Source of the DNA: Podarcis bocagei
Lineage: Eukaryota
Strand: one strand, 5' to 3'
NCBI GenBank assembly: GCA_964188305.1
Contig: OZ076890.1
DNA: 64,000 nucleotides
The notes below the pieces were generated by a model that worked only from the letters and a program-made list of their open reading frames with translations, was not told where the DNA came from and did not search any database. A program made the translations under genes and the position numbers. Of this stretch, positions 38,901-52,350 are shown piece by piece; within the stretch, counting starts at the first letter, position 1; the number at the start of each line of letters is the position of its first letter.

Positions 38901-41900
38901 AAGACAGTTGGGGGCCTCTGAACACATTAATGAAGAAGAGGTAAATGTGTGTTGCTAAAGATATACAGTTATTCCATGATATGATGTTGTGCAAGAGTGA
39001 CTTTTCTCCAATCCTTCTAATGTTTGTTTAACCCTGGCACAGACACACACACACACATCCATCTTCCAGGGGTCCCCCCCCCCCGCTCAGTATTCCTGAA
39101 AGGGAGGCGGTGTCACACAAATCTCTGCACGTACTAAAACTGCAAGAGACAGGTTGTGGGATTGTGCCCCAGTGAGCCCCACCCTCTGCCAACTAGGCAT
39201 GCATACTGTACAGCCATATAAGGCACCTCCACACAAGGGAAAACTTGACTGGCCTGGGATTCCTCCTTGTGCAGATAATCCTTGTTCACAGATGACTAGT
39301 GAAGGCTGCGATCGGCATGAGACATTGGCAGGGCCAGGGATAGCTGATGTCACCCTGCAACCTCACATGGTAGGGATTATGTGTGGTCCCCTTTTCTGTC
39401 TGTGAATTGGATCTGGATAGATTTTCGGGTGTCCAGGTTACCATCTATCGCTTATTGAAGAACAGAGAAAGAGGGATCTATAGCCCCAAGCTGTTATACT
39501 TAAGTAATCAACTATAGTAATCATGTATTATTACATGTAAGTTGCCCGACATTCTCCCAAAGGGACACTAACTGAGTCCGTATATAAAAGTAAAAATGAA
39601 TCTTAAATGCACAGACACAAAAGTATTCAAGCAGAAGTTATGTACAAGTATATATAACGACCAACCGTCATGCAATGCAACACCATATGTCCTGTAGCAT
39701 CCACATTGGGTTGGGGGGACGTGGAAGGATAAACAGTGATAAAAAAAATATAATGAACAACTTTAAAAGGAAACATGTCCTCCTAATTATAGCAGATTTT
39801 AACTGCCTCTCCCCCTTACGGAAAAGCAACTGCATTAAAAACTTCAAAATGTTTTCGTTAAAAAGCCAACAACGAAATGAAATAGAACGAGGCATTCAGA
39901 AAGCAAGTCTCAAGGTTGCTTGATACAATACATGAATGACACATGAGATAGAAAAGCCACGGAGGTGCAATAGATATAAAGAATGCAAATAAAAGTCAAG
40001 CAAGCAGCCTGCTTATGTTTTATAACAGATCTTGTATGGGGGGGGGGAATCTATCCACAAGGCATAGTAAAGAGTGCATATAGCCACTAACAGAGGGCTA
40101 AATATATTCCTCGTAGTTGCTCCTCACCTCTACAAGGAAAATTGAAGGGATGCAAGAGGAACACACCTGAAGGAAAAACAAAGCCTGTCTTCCAGTCCTG
40201 ATACTGGGCAGCCTGATCCCCAATGACAGGATTCCTAAGAGGCAGAATGCGCTCAGAGAGTATGGAGATAGTCTACTGTCCCTAGGAACTCTTAAGAAGG
40301 CCCTACGTCCACACATTCACACATGACACACACATAATAATGATGGGTATTTTGCTAGTATAGAGCTGGTGCCATATCTTGACTCTCAGCTTCAGGATAG
40401 TAAGACTGACATACCTCCTGAAGTTGTAAGCATTACAGCTGCATAATGTATGTGAAGCACTTGGGACTTTTTTTTAGGTACTGTACAAATGGTGTTGATC
40501 ATAATGATTAATAGCCAGGTACTATTTTCACCCAAAATGAATGGGCTGAGGACAGAACCTTTTATTTGAGGCAGAACTAGAGTAGGAATTGCAGTGCTTA
40601 GACCCTGAAGTATCTGTGTGAATGCAGATGCACTGGAAAGCCACTAGAAGCCCAACTTCCTCCACACGCACATGGCAACTTCTGCTAGGAAATAATACTG
40701 TACACAATATTACAATATGCTCCCATGTTCTTCCTGAAAACATTATGATTGATGTGATTACCATACTGCTGGCATTTTAACACACAGTTCCTGTCATCAC
40801 AAAATGAAATGATGGACAAATCATATTTTGATGTTTTCCTTATGCCCTGAAATATTTTGTTGTTGCTCTTCCATTGGAAAGACATGCCTCAACACCCTCT
40901 CCTACTAAGAGTTATTCTGAATTAAATCTAGAGACCATATAAAACACTTGAAACGTTTTCTGTTTTAACATTAGCAATGCTTATGAACATCACAGCACTT
41001 CCAAGGATGCTGTGAGGTTTTCCATTGTCCTTACAGCAACATATGGGTGAGAACTGCAGACTGAAGGTACCATTTTGGGATTTTCATGTGGGTGAACAGA
41101 AAAGCTAAGACAGTCAACAGTTCATTGACACACCATTACTGATCACATTTACTGTATAGGTATTAGGAGTTGAACTGAAATGGTCTCTCAACTGAACATC
41201 CCAATTCTCTTGTGGTAAATTTGGGTGGCTGTTCCAGGGGCATGAATGAGGGTGGGTGGGGCTGAACCAATTCTTCTCTTTCAACTTTGGAACTTACTGC
41301 AGCATCAGCTTTGGCTTATTTATTTGTTTATCTTTTTTTTAAAAAAAAAATTGTCAATCTGTATGTGAGAGGCAGGGAAATTCTTCTCCTGTCCCACTGG
41401 TCGCCTATGGTGTTTAACTAAAGGTATACAGACTGGGTTGTCGCTCCAGTCAATGTCCTGTTTCTCCACTCCCACAGGCTGAACCAGGCATCCCAGTTCA
41501 GCCCACGCACACCTCAAAATGGCTGCCCATGTTTGCTGTGAGGGGCGGGGAAGCCTTGAAAAATGAACTCTGAAACTGGGTAAAATATTATTGGTGCTAA
41601 CATAGATGGTACAAAATTAACTCTGGGGTGGCTTATGCAGGGCCAACTTGGACTATTACACCAGTCTTGTTCCTATAGAATGTAGAGATTAAATATCCCC
41701 CAGGATTAGGTAATCATGTGAGATTCTTGCATTTAATTACTGCAATGTCTACCTGATAGACTAAAAATACTTTGAAGAGTTGAATAATTGCATGTCTGTA
41801 TAGAGGTTATAAAAGCTACCAGGTCCATTCTTTTCATTAAGCATGCCAATGATTTCTAAAAGGCTCTTGTGGGGTGATTGTATTAATTGTTTTACTGCTC

Positions 41901-44900
41901 CATAATCTCTGCTGTGTTCGATTTTGGAGGATATAGGCTTTTTAATTTTTTTATGACTATCTTCCATTGACTCATTTTATATTTTTCTTATTTATTAGCA
42001 AGATGGGGACTCTAGGAAAGACAGAAGACCCAAGGGCAAGAGTTTGCAGGTAGCTGCCACCTACCCTATCTACTCCTATTTCCAAACAAGCTGTACCTGC
42101 GATGAAAAAAGAAATAATAAGGTATTCCAGTTACATATTTTTCCATTTTGTTACCTGAATATGTATCCATGAGGACAGTTCTAGATGCTCCTGTTGCTCA
42201 GCAACAACATATCAGCTTTACAAAAGAACATGGTAGAGGGTCTGTGAAAAGAAACCTGGCTTTGTTCTTTTTAGTCAGGCAGGGAAAGAACAGCTCTGAT
42301 TCAAAGCTTTGAAATGCTGAAGTGGAAATGAGGGATATAAGCGAAGTACGAAGATGACATCAGAGGGAAAACCATAATTTGTTTATCAGGCCCTCTTCAC
42401 ATCCAGATTCTATTTTACCATACGCTATGCAAGAATGGGGTTTATATTTTAAAAGGCAACTCGAGAAAATCCTGAAACAGTTCAGCAGAACTCACTCCCA
42501 AGTAAGTGTGAAGAGGACTGCAGCCCCAAGGTCTTAATTTCTTTCTTTCTTTCTTTTAGAGCATATTTACACCACAGAATTAAAGTAGTTGAATATTTTA
42601 TCCCCAAGAAACAGGAAATGAAGAGGGGGTCCAGGTGTGCTAGGGATCTCTAACAAGAAATTCTCAGCAGACTCACAAAACTTGCATTAGGGTGGGCTCT
42701 GAAATACACATTTGAATATATGAATATACATGTATAGTAAGTACTATATACTGAATATACAGTCTACTCAGAAGTGGGTGCCATGGAATTCAATAAGATC
42801 ACACCCAGGTAAACTGGCATAGGATTGCAGTGAGTTAAAACTATCCTATGGAGTTGTGAAGTCTGTGGCAGAGGAACAATCATTTCCAACGCCCCACAAA
42901 GCTCATGCAAAATATGGTAAAGGTGAGAGGAAGCTTTTTCCCTCGCACCCTGATATAACACTTTTTATAAATAAATCACATTGGTTTCAGGGAGACTCCA
43001 CAAAGCTTAGTCCATTTCCCTCTTTGGTACTAGACTTTCAGCGTTTGTGCACCTTGTAAACTTTATTCTTCATGCATGAAGGAAATATATCTCTTTGGTT
43101 TAAAATAATGGTAAGTTTCTCTGGAAGCTGAATTCTGCCCTTTGCCCAGACAAGCAGAGTACATAGCCCTTTTGTCATTTAAGGTAAAAGCAATAAATGA
43201 AACTGAAAATAATGAAATCTCTCACACAAAACCCATAGTGTTCCTACTCCTTAGAGAAGACAATGGAAAACTCTCACTGGTCATAACATATTAGGATTTT
43301 ACTCTTGATATATAAATTCTGGAAGTCTGAGCAGCATATGAATACAAAAACAAACAGGTATCTAGACAGCTCCATCTCCTACAAACTTTACAAAATACTA
43401 GCTTCATTATTACATACACAAACCCCTTCTAGTAAGAATCACTTCAGTTTGAAAATAACAAAAATTCTGTGTTGTTTACTTCACAGACACCAATTTGATT
43501 TGTAACTTTAGAGCAAATTTCATTGTTTAAGAGCAAGGCTTTTTCAAAGGCAGGCTCTTTTCAAAATTATAGTTTGAGACTTCTTGTTTCCATGGAAATG
43601 ACCTTTTACTATTCTATGGAAATGGAAGTAGTTTTATATATTTCTCTTCTTCCGGGCTTTATTATACCAGCAAAACTATAATTCAGAATACAGTCCTCAT
43701 GGCACAGCTGCCCACTCACCTAAGAGAAAATGGTGAAGCAACTCAGAGGAGCTTCCTGAGAATATAAAATTTCTGTTCATCTTTTCAACATTGCAAGAGT
43801 GCCAGGAGATCATCTAGTGCATGCCGTGAGTGGAGGGAATGTGGTTTTTTGTCCATTGATAGGTTCCTAGGGGAATATTTGGATCTCGATTTCTTTCCCT
43901 CTTTTCTAAGTCACTCTCTTGTGCCTTTTTATCTGAAGAACTGTAGAAGAGGTTTTAAGAAGTGCAGGACAATGGAGTTAGTTCATCTCCAATAGCAATA
44001 TAAGAACAGGCTCCTCATTCGGAATCAAAATTTAGATTCTCCCTACCCACCTGGTTCTCTCTGCAATTTTTCTTAGAATAAAACTCTTCAGTAGGCAGTG
44101 TGGTTTCTCGCCTGGAACACCACAGAAGATAATCCGCACAGTGGAATACTCTTTCCACGCAAATGTAAAGTTCCACCCATCACTCTGTCAAGTTTGCAGG
44201 TCACATTTATTGCATTCAGCTTTACACCTTGTGCAGCAGACAACATTTGTGCTAGTACCGTACAGGGAAACTCACCACTGCAAAATCCCATGTTGAAATT
44301 GTTCTGTAGAAAAATCCTGCTCCAGATTAGGGCTGATCCAAAACTGCTTATCTGTTTTCAAATTCTGCTTAGAGCCTTCTCTCCTCTGTGCAGTAACCTG
44401 CTCACTCCCTTTACATTTGGGGCGTGTTCATCTCATTTCCTTGGTCCTTTTCCTTTCACGTGACTTCCCCTACTCTGACTTAGCTCTGATTCCATGTTAC
44501 ATCAGTAGTAACAATAACCAGACAGTGAGCTTCAAATCTGATTTATTAATATAGAGCCCTTCATCCGAGGATCACAGGACAGTCTACAATAGGAAAACAC
44601 AAAAATACAAACCAAACAATAACGCTGGACTAAGAGGAGGCTGGACTAACTAGATGGGCCACTGGCCTGATTCAACAGGCTCTTCTTAATTTCTTATGCT
44701 CTTATCATTTTGTATGAGCCACCTTACGTACTTTTGTAGAAAGGTGGAATATAATTCAAACAACAACAACAATTTTAGATAGAATCCAACATAATGCTAA
44801 GGCAATTGTGCTGCCTATGCAAGGATTTCTGCTTGCACAAAGAAATGTTATCCCACTCTCATTCCCCCATGCTCACTCTGTATCCTGTAATACTTCCATA

Positions 44901-45356
44901 ATTTCACAGGAGTTTTCTGCCTTATAACAGCAACTCCTCTTTCACACATTTATCCACTTTCTGGCCACTCTTCTTGAGTACGGGGATTTAAAATTGTAAG
45001 CAGCTCAAACATTGTAATATACTGCCTTGTCACATCTCCAAAAACATTTCACAATCATTTACTTAAACTGCCTTCCACATTGTCATCTGCCATATTGTGA
45101 TTAATGCAATCGGAACAAATTAGGAAAATATATTTGACTTCTGAGTGCAATTTCTGATGATGTCACTTTGTTATTTCTGATGAGATGGCAATTGTGTCAC
45201 AGTGGGGGTGGGAATAAAGAGAGTACAGGTCTAGTGAGGCAAGATTATAGTGCTAAATACAGATAATATGAAACTATTTCTCTGGACAGTTTTGCAAAAG
45301 CCACATCTTGTATTCACATGCCATGTTCTGGTACTGTTATGAGAGACAACAGCCTT

Positions 45357-45814
45357 AGAATCATAGAACCGTAGAGTTGGAAGGGACCCCAAGGGTCATC
45401 TAGTCCAACCCCCCCCCCCCCAATGCAGGAATATCAGCTAAAGCATCCATGACAGATGACCTCCAAGGAAGAAGAGTCTACCACCTCCAGAGAGAGTCCA
45501 TTCCCACTGTCAATATCTGAAGGAGCGTCTCCACCCCCATTGTTCTGCCCGGACACTGAGGTCCAGCACCGAGGGCCTTCTGGCGGTTCCCTCACTGCGA
45601 GAAGCCTTCTCGGTAGTGGCGCCTTTCCTGTGAAACACCCTCCCACCAGATGTCAAAGAGAACAACAACTACCAGGCTTTTAGAAAACATCTGAAGGCAG
45701 CCCTGTTTCGGGAAGCTTTTAATGTTTGATGTATTATAGTATTTTAATATTCTTTTGGAAGCCGCCCAGAGTGGCTGGGGAAGCCCAGCCAGATGGGCGG
45801 GGTATAAATAATAA

Positions 45815-45874
<60 letters not shown>

Positions 45875-45955
45875 TCTTACTATCAGAAAGCTCTTCCTGA
45901 TGTTTAGTCAGAATCTCCTTTCTTGTAACTTGAACCTATTGGTTCAGGTCCTTCT
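45357..45955 (-). mobile_element. CR1 3' fragment interrupted by an L2 insertion
   Basis: AGAATCATAGAACCGTAGAGTTGGAAGGGACC (reverse CR1 tail). CR1 sequence stops near 45513 and resumes at 45873 (CTCTTACTATCAGAAAGCTCTTCCTGATGTTTAG), matching the reverse of 22645-22870. Confidence 0.75.
45514..45872 (+). mobile_element. L2 3' fragment with (TTA)n tail
   Basis: Highly similar to the 3' part of 21044-21720; long (TTA)n tail. Confidence 0.8.
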
Positions 45956-48904
45956 TTATGCAACCATCTTTCAGAGCCACAGAAGAAGCTATTTATCATA
46001 AATAAGCCTCTTTGTTAGTGTTCACTGAGAGGTTATGCTTCTGTTCTTCCATGATCCTGGAATAGCAAAGAAGAATGAAGATATCCACTCTCTCACATAC
46101 ATTATGAGCTCAGTTCAAGAGAAAAATGTTGCTTTGATCTAAGGGCACCAAAGACAGACAGGACAACATTTCCTGGTGCCAGTGGTGAATTTTCCGTCAC
46201 TATGGTAACCTGATTTCCAGTACTGTATGTTTCAATCCTGAATAGAAAGCATCATGATAAAGAATTATAACTGGCGTGATTATGACACTTAACCACTCTG
46301 AGTATCTCACTTGTGTTAATGATATATTTTAATTCAATTCACTGTGTTAACTGGGGCTGCATGAATTGCTACCCTTGCTAAGGGATGGAGGAGAATTTTG
46401 TTTGGTCTGCATACAAGTGACAGGTAACAATCAAATTTCACACTTCTCTAACTTTGTAGTATCATTTCAGAAATATTTTTTTTCTGGGTGGAAATACAAA
46501 CAAAATGCATATTTTGGGGGAGATTTATAGAATAGCAAACAAAAACAATATTTTATGGGTAAGATTGTATACAAAAATATGTACAATTTTAATGCAATTT
46601 TATGTGTGTGTTAAAAAAAAATGGATGGAATAGACTTATCATTGAATGTGTGAAACAAGCATGGAATGGAAAGAAACTGCTCAATGTGTCCCTACCCTCA
46701 CTCAATGTCACATCAAAGTCTAGATACATCATGTAATGGAATTTTCTCACACTCCCTTCTTGCTATTTTTGCTCCTTCCCCATGCTTCCTTGGAATGTCT
46801 CTGCACCATCAACCCTTTTGTGGCACGGTCCTACCTTTACAATGATGGTGCAATATTAAGATAGATGGTTTAGCAGAGTAACTAAAGCTTGGTTCTCACT
46901 GAAGTTGTATGCTTTTGTCCCTGACTGCTTTGCCACACAAAAGAATATCAAGTCAGAGAGAGGTTCTCTAGCCTAGTCTTCTCCTGACATGACATGGTAG
47001 TCTTCCATGTGCAGCCCATGTTTATGGAGGAGCATTCAAAGGCCAGGGTAAATTGTGTTGCTGTAGCTTATTCCTATCCCAGACTCCGTGTAGAAGCAGG
47101 GTACTGCTGGCTCAGGGGCTGCTCTACTATGAAACTATGAATTAAGCTTAAGTTTCAGGGCTCTTGATCCTGGAGGGGTTCCAGAAGCAACTTTAGTCCA
47201 CATTGCAAATTTGAGTTGCACAAATCAAATGGATTAATCTTTTGCTGTATATATTTCAACAATCCCGAAGCTTAAGAGCACAGTAGCACAGACATTGTAA
47301 ACAACCACACTGAAGAAGATTACAGGGGTTACCCAGAGCTGGTTGCTGGTTGCGAAGGGACCCCCATAACAGTTCAAGCTTCAGCCCCCCCCCCAATGTA
47401 GGTCCATCACTGTGCTGGCTGAGCCTGTCAAAAGGAAAACAAGTCTTTAAAATAGAGTTTGGATTGCAGCACACTGGGTTGTTAGGTCATGTAACTGAGT
47501 TTGAAAGCGGGTCAAATCTCCCCCTGCCCTGCCCCCAGAACTTACCCAGGACTTATCCCAGCCTTGGCTCAGTTAGCTAAGCCCCAGCTAAGGAAGACTT
47601 ACACCTGTGTGTCTGTGGCTGAGCCAGGATCATGGACTCCAAACTCCACTCATTCCAGCTGATCTTGGGTTTGGATTACTCCCTGTGTGAGGGCCAGGTT
47701 TAGGTGCTTTCTGTAAGCCAAAATTCACTCAGAGAAAACATCATTGCTAGGTAGCCTTAAGGAAGCCCCTTTCTTTTAGAGTCAGACACACCTACTTGAT
47801 AGGGCAGCAGGAGCAAGGATGAGATAATGTACCTGAATTGGCTTAAACAATCAAAAACATAATGTGAGTATTATTTATGAAATAGGGCATTTTGTAGAGG
47901 TAGTAGTGAGTAGAATCACTCGCTGGTTTATAGTTAACATATTCAAGATGAAGGATTAAAGGACTAAAATACATCATTAAAATAATGGCCTGACTTTAAA
48001 AAGAAAGGAAGACATGGCGTGCCTGGAATAGGATCCATCAGTTGTCACCATCTTTCTCAAATATATTTTATGATCCATCTAAACAGCTTTGTCACTGGGT
48101 AAAATCAACCCCATACTTACTTACGCTACAAGCTGGCAGAGCCACTTGGATTCAGAAAAAAAAGGATTAGGTTCTTCTCAATTTTTAATTACCACATTTC
48201 TGGCTGCAGTCAAAGCAGCACAGAGAAGTTTCCATTTAGCATTTCTCATGCAACTGAATCTTAATCCACCCACTCTTTTTGATAAGACGGTGAATTGTGA
48301 CCTAAAAGGGGGGGAAATGTGGTAGAAAAAAGCATTATGGAAAAAGCTTGGATGTATGTTATTTAAAAAAAATTTAGCACTGAAAATATTGTTAGGTAAT
48401 GGTTACTAATTTAAATGGCTTATTAACAGAAACATTTTGTTTTTCTTAAAGGGTTTTTCAAAAAAGGAAATGAAAAGTATATTAAATGGCTGGATCTTAT
48501 AGACATGAATAGGTGGTTTCAAATTACTCATGTCTTTCATGCTTTACTGGTTCCTGTTTTCATTAATGAACTACCAAATAATCTTAAAATTATTTGCATG
48601 TAAAGGATACAGTTATAAGGTGGAATAATGTGCATGTGTACCCACTGATTCTTATGGGGAGGAAAAAGGAGGTACCATCCCTGCCAGATCGTGATGGGGA
48701 AGGAGCGAGATGCCTGTGCCATTTTGTACCAGGCTTGTGCAGCAGCTACTTCCGTGGGAGCCACTGCTACATTTTCATATTAAAACCATGAAGAATAGGC
48801 CCATCACAAGGGTATTTCCATGTCTGCTAAGAAGAATTTACACAGAGGCAGCTTATCAAATGGTAAAAGATAGCCATCACCTTCAGGCCTTGCCTGTGTA
48901 CTCC

Positions 48905-49526
48905 CAGAGCAGAGGGCGTATGGGATATTAGGGGAGCGGTAGCACCTCTAGTGGGGGACACGTCATGCTCCTTCTGGTGTAGTTTGTCCACCTTTGGTCC
49001 CCACTCTGCTCTCACCTGTGGCCCCTAGAAGCTGTCCACACGCGACAGTGGCTGTACCCTGAGAATGGCTTCAACTGACCAGCTAAACCAGGTTCCTACA
49101 CACATGCTAAATAGGGAAGTGAGGTGCAGATGGAGCTTGCCAACCTGGGAAGACAGCCCATCTAGCTGAAGGAAAACTCTGATCCTCAACCTCTGCTGCC
49201 TTGCGGGATATCTCTGGGAGAGAAAAAATGCTAAAGGGTAAACCCTACACAGATCCAGAGTGGAGACCCTAAGGTGGTTGGATGTCTCCTTGTAACCTCT
49301 TTCCAGCAACTCCTGCAGCCAAGCTGGTGCTCTGCTTTCCTGTGGACACCATCAGTGAGACTGGGGGTGGGCGGGTCTTGTCACCTGGGCAGCCCAGGAC
49401 CTCCATACACACTACCCAGGCTTGTGCTTGGGGAAGTCACTTTGGTGCTGCTAAGACAGCGGTTTGACTTCATCCCCGGAAGCACACCCCATTATCTCTT
49501 GAGACAAACGAACGCCAACAACAGCA
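48905..49526 (+). mobile_element. Non-autonomous RTE-related retroelement (5' boundary approximate)
   Basis: Non-coding, relatively GC-rich segment. Its last ~60 nt align with the 3' end of the RTE at 25763-25830; (CAA/CAG) tail. Confidence 0.55.
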
Positions 49527-50020
49527 GTGGCCAACAGGGCTGTGGGGGTGGGGATCCATTGCTGTACTGATGCCCCAGCACCCTGCATCACTTCCAGTTA
49601 CCAGTGGGGCTGGTGGGCAGGCAGTGGGAAGCTCGGCACCGTGCAGGGGCGGCAGTCAAGCCCACGCAAGTGCGCTTATGCCATGCCAAGCTCCCCACTG
49701 CCTTGGTAACTAACCATGACGTGTGGTGTTGGGAAACCAGTAGATCAAGGCTACCCTGCCAGCCGCTACTGCCCAGAGGAATGGCCAACTTCTATATTCC
49801 TAAGGATTGTACTGTTTGGTCCCAAGGCCAAGATTCCCCAACCCCCTCACATATGGTTGGCTCTGTAATCAAGTGGACATAATAGCAGTGATGACTTCAG
49901 TGTATATGAACTAAGATGGGAGTGGTTCAGCAATTTAGAAGAATGAATGTGCTTCCTAAAATGTTCCCCTCAGGAGGCAGATTGGAAAGACAAAAGACTA
50001 CTCCCAGAGAGTTCAAGAGA

Positions 50021-50022
<2 letters not shown>

Positions 50023-50071
<49 letters not shown>
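50023..50071. repeat. (GT)n microsatellite
   Basis: Direct reading. Confidence 0.95.
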
Positions 50072-50072
<1 letters not shown>

Positions 50073-50413
50073 TATAGACCACCGATTCATTACTTACTTA
50101 CATTCATTACTAAATCTGGACTAAGGGCCACTACCAAGTGCATCTGGCTGACAAAGTTTGAAATATAATACAGGTTTGACCCTTTTTAGGTCAACTAGGC
50201 TAACTAATATTTTCCACAGATTCCAAGTGTGTGCATACAGTTTTATACGGAAGCCCTGGGATCACAAATCAAGCTTCTCTTTGTAATATACATGTGTGGC
50301 CCTCAGACTTAGCCCCATATTTTCAAGTCATAACCATAACAATAAAGTTATTGATTAATGTACAGAAAGCAGAAAACAATGGAAAATACATTTACTGGGA
50401 GCCTGCAGCAATG

Positions 50414-50440
50414 TAATAAATAATAATAGTAGTAGTAGTA

Positions 50441-50488
<48 letters not shown>
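50414..50488. repeat. (TAA)n/(TAG)n microsatellite
   Basis: Direct reading. Confidence 0.95.
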
Positions 50489-50489
<1 letters not shown>

Positions 50490-52226
50490 AATTATAGTTG
50501 TGCAACTCTATAATGTGAGATGACATCTAATTTCCCCATAAATTTCTATTTAAAAGTTGTAATGTATGTTTCTTGTCGGGGTTGCCAAAACACACTGTGT
50601 TTTCTCCTATTGCCACGCTGTGACTAAAGTCTGCTTGCCAGTGCCTGCAAGTACAAATATTCCCCCCTCTATGAAATGAAAGTGAACAAGCGAGAATGAA
50701 GAGGATCACGCTCCTGCTGCAAATACTCTCCATGCATTCAATCTAGGAGAAACAGTCTTCAAAGATGAAAACATTTAAGTTCCACTTATGAAGCACATTC
50801 TGTCATGAAAACACTTGCTGACGAGTTCACTTGAGCGTCAAACTGTTTTATCACAAACAGTGCTGCATATACTGTAGATATTCCAGCACTCTGAAAGGTA
50901 GAAGACTCTCCCCTTATCAAATATAACACAAATAATTAATTTACATGAAACTGCCTAACAGACCAGTATTGAGTTGACCTCTAATCTGAGGGACAAACAA
51001 CCATCTCCGGATGTAGATGAATATACATCATCAAAAGACCGGAAGTTAACAAAGTGACTTTTGCTTAAAAGATCAAGGAAGCACTTGAATTAGAACCCAA
51101 AAGGTGCATAAAAACATGGAGGGCCTTTTTAGAAGACCGCCTCATGTTCAATGATTGCATTAGGTGGGTTCATGGGGTTGTACAACTAGCCCCACCTTGC
51201 TGTCCACGAGTTCCCTTTGCATAAAAGATGTTCTACATGTATATTCACAAAGATACCTAGAGATCGTCCGTGCAAGTGGTGACCCTGATTCGGTAAGGTG
51301 CATGCACAACTTCTCATTCTCATAAAACACCAAACACACAAAAATAGGGGTTGTGGTACAGAACCATATTACAACTTTCTCAGGAAAGAAAAGAGATATC
51401 TTAGATTTTATTCTCCAAGATAAAGAGTTCTTTCCACATAAACTATGATGAAATAATAGTAAAATATGTGGAGCACACTCTTGTTTGTTTGCATAGATTG
51501 TGAAATCTGATTTATTACCCCATCTGTCAAATTGATCTGAGGAAGAAATCTGATATGTATTAAGGCAATACTAAGCCCACTTCAGATGAAAAGAATGAAT
51601 ACAATTCTATAATTGTTGTAAATAGCTAGACATTTTTCATGATCCCAACATGTTTGAGAAATAAATGTATTAGTAGCATGAATATGTCAATGGACATTAA
51701 CTATAGTGGTTCAAACTAGAAATTATTTTTTTAAAAAAATGAATCAGAATTTTAAAAGGTTTGCTAACATTTCTGTTGCCTTAGGGTGCTTCCAGATGGG
51801 TGTTTTGTATGCGATCACTGTGGTAGTCAAGCATACAGTATACATTTTTCACAATATCCCCATATAATCAGTGTCAAAATGCCAGTTCATAGCTTTTCCC
51901 TTCATTTATTCACAGTTTACACCTCCCATGGAAAATCTGATACATTAAAAAAAGAAAACCATTCATTCACATTTTCTCAATTATCCGTTTGTGACATCAA
52001 GCCCCTATCTATACGCACTCTTACTTACAGATTTTTTTTAAAAAAGAATGGTTTAAAATGAAATCTTGACTGAATACAAACATGATGAGATATATGCTTT
52101 CAGTCTTTTAAAACTGAATCTGTAACCCTTTATCAAACACCTAGATAGCTTTTCTATGTATAAGGAAGAACCGCAAGGAAAATCTGTAACTTCTGAAACC
52201 AAGCCTTATTAAATGACACTATAGAT

Positions 52227-52350
52227 CAGGCTGACTATCTTGTGGCCCTACAGATGTTGCTGGACTACAACTCCCATCATCCATGACCTCTGTCTGCGCA
52301 GGCTGGGACTGATATGAGTTGTAGTTCAACAGCATTTGGTGATCCACCCA
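52227..52350. mobile_element. Short palindromic squamate MITE
   Basis: CAGATGTTGCTGGACTACAACTCCCATCA is an imperfect inverse of TGATATGAGTTGTAGTTCAACAGCATTTG. Confidence 0.6.

Noticed and set aside
50527-50752. Minus-strand splice acceptor (TTTCTCCTAG) followed by a ~70-codon open frame
   Set aside because: No recognisable protein and no partner exon found; cannot be supported as a CDS.
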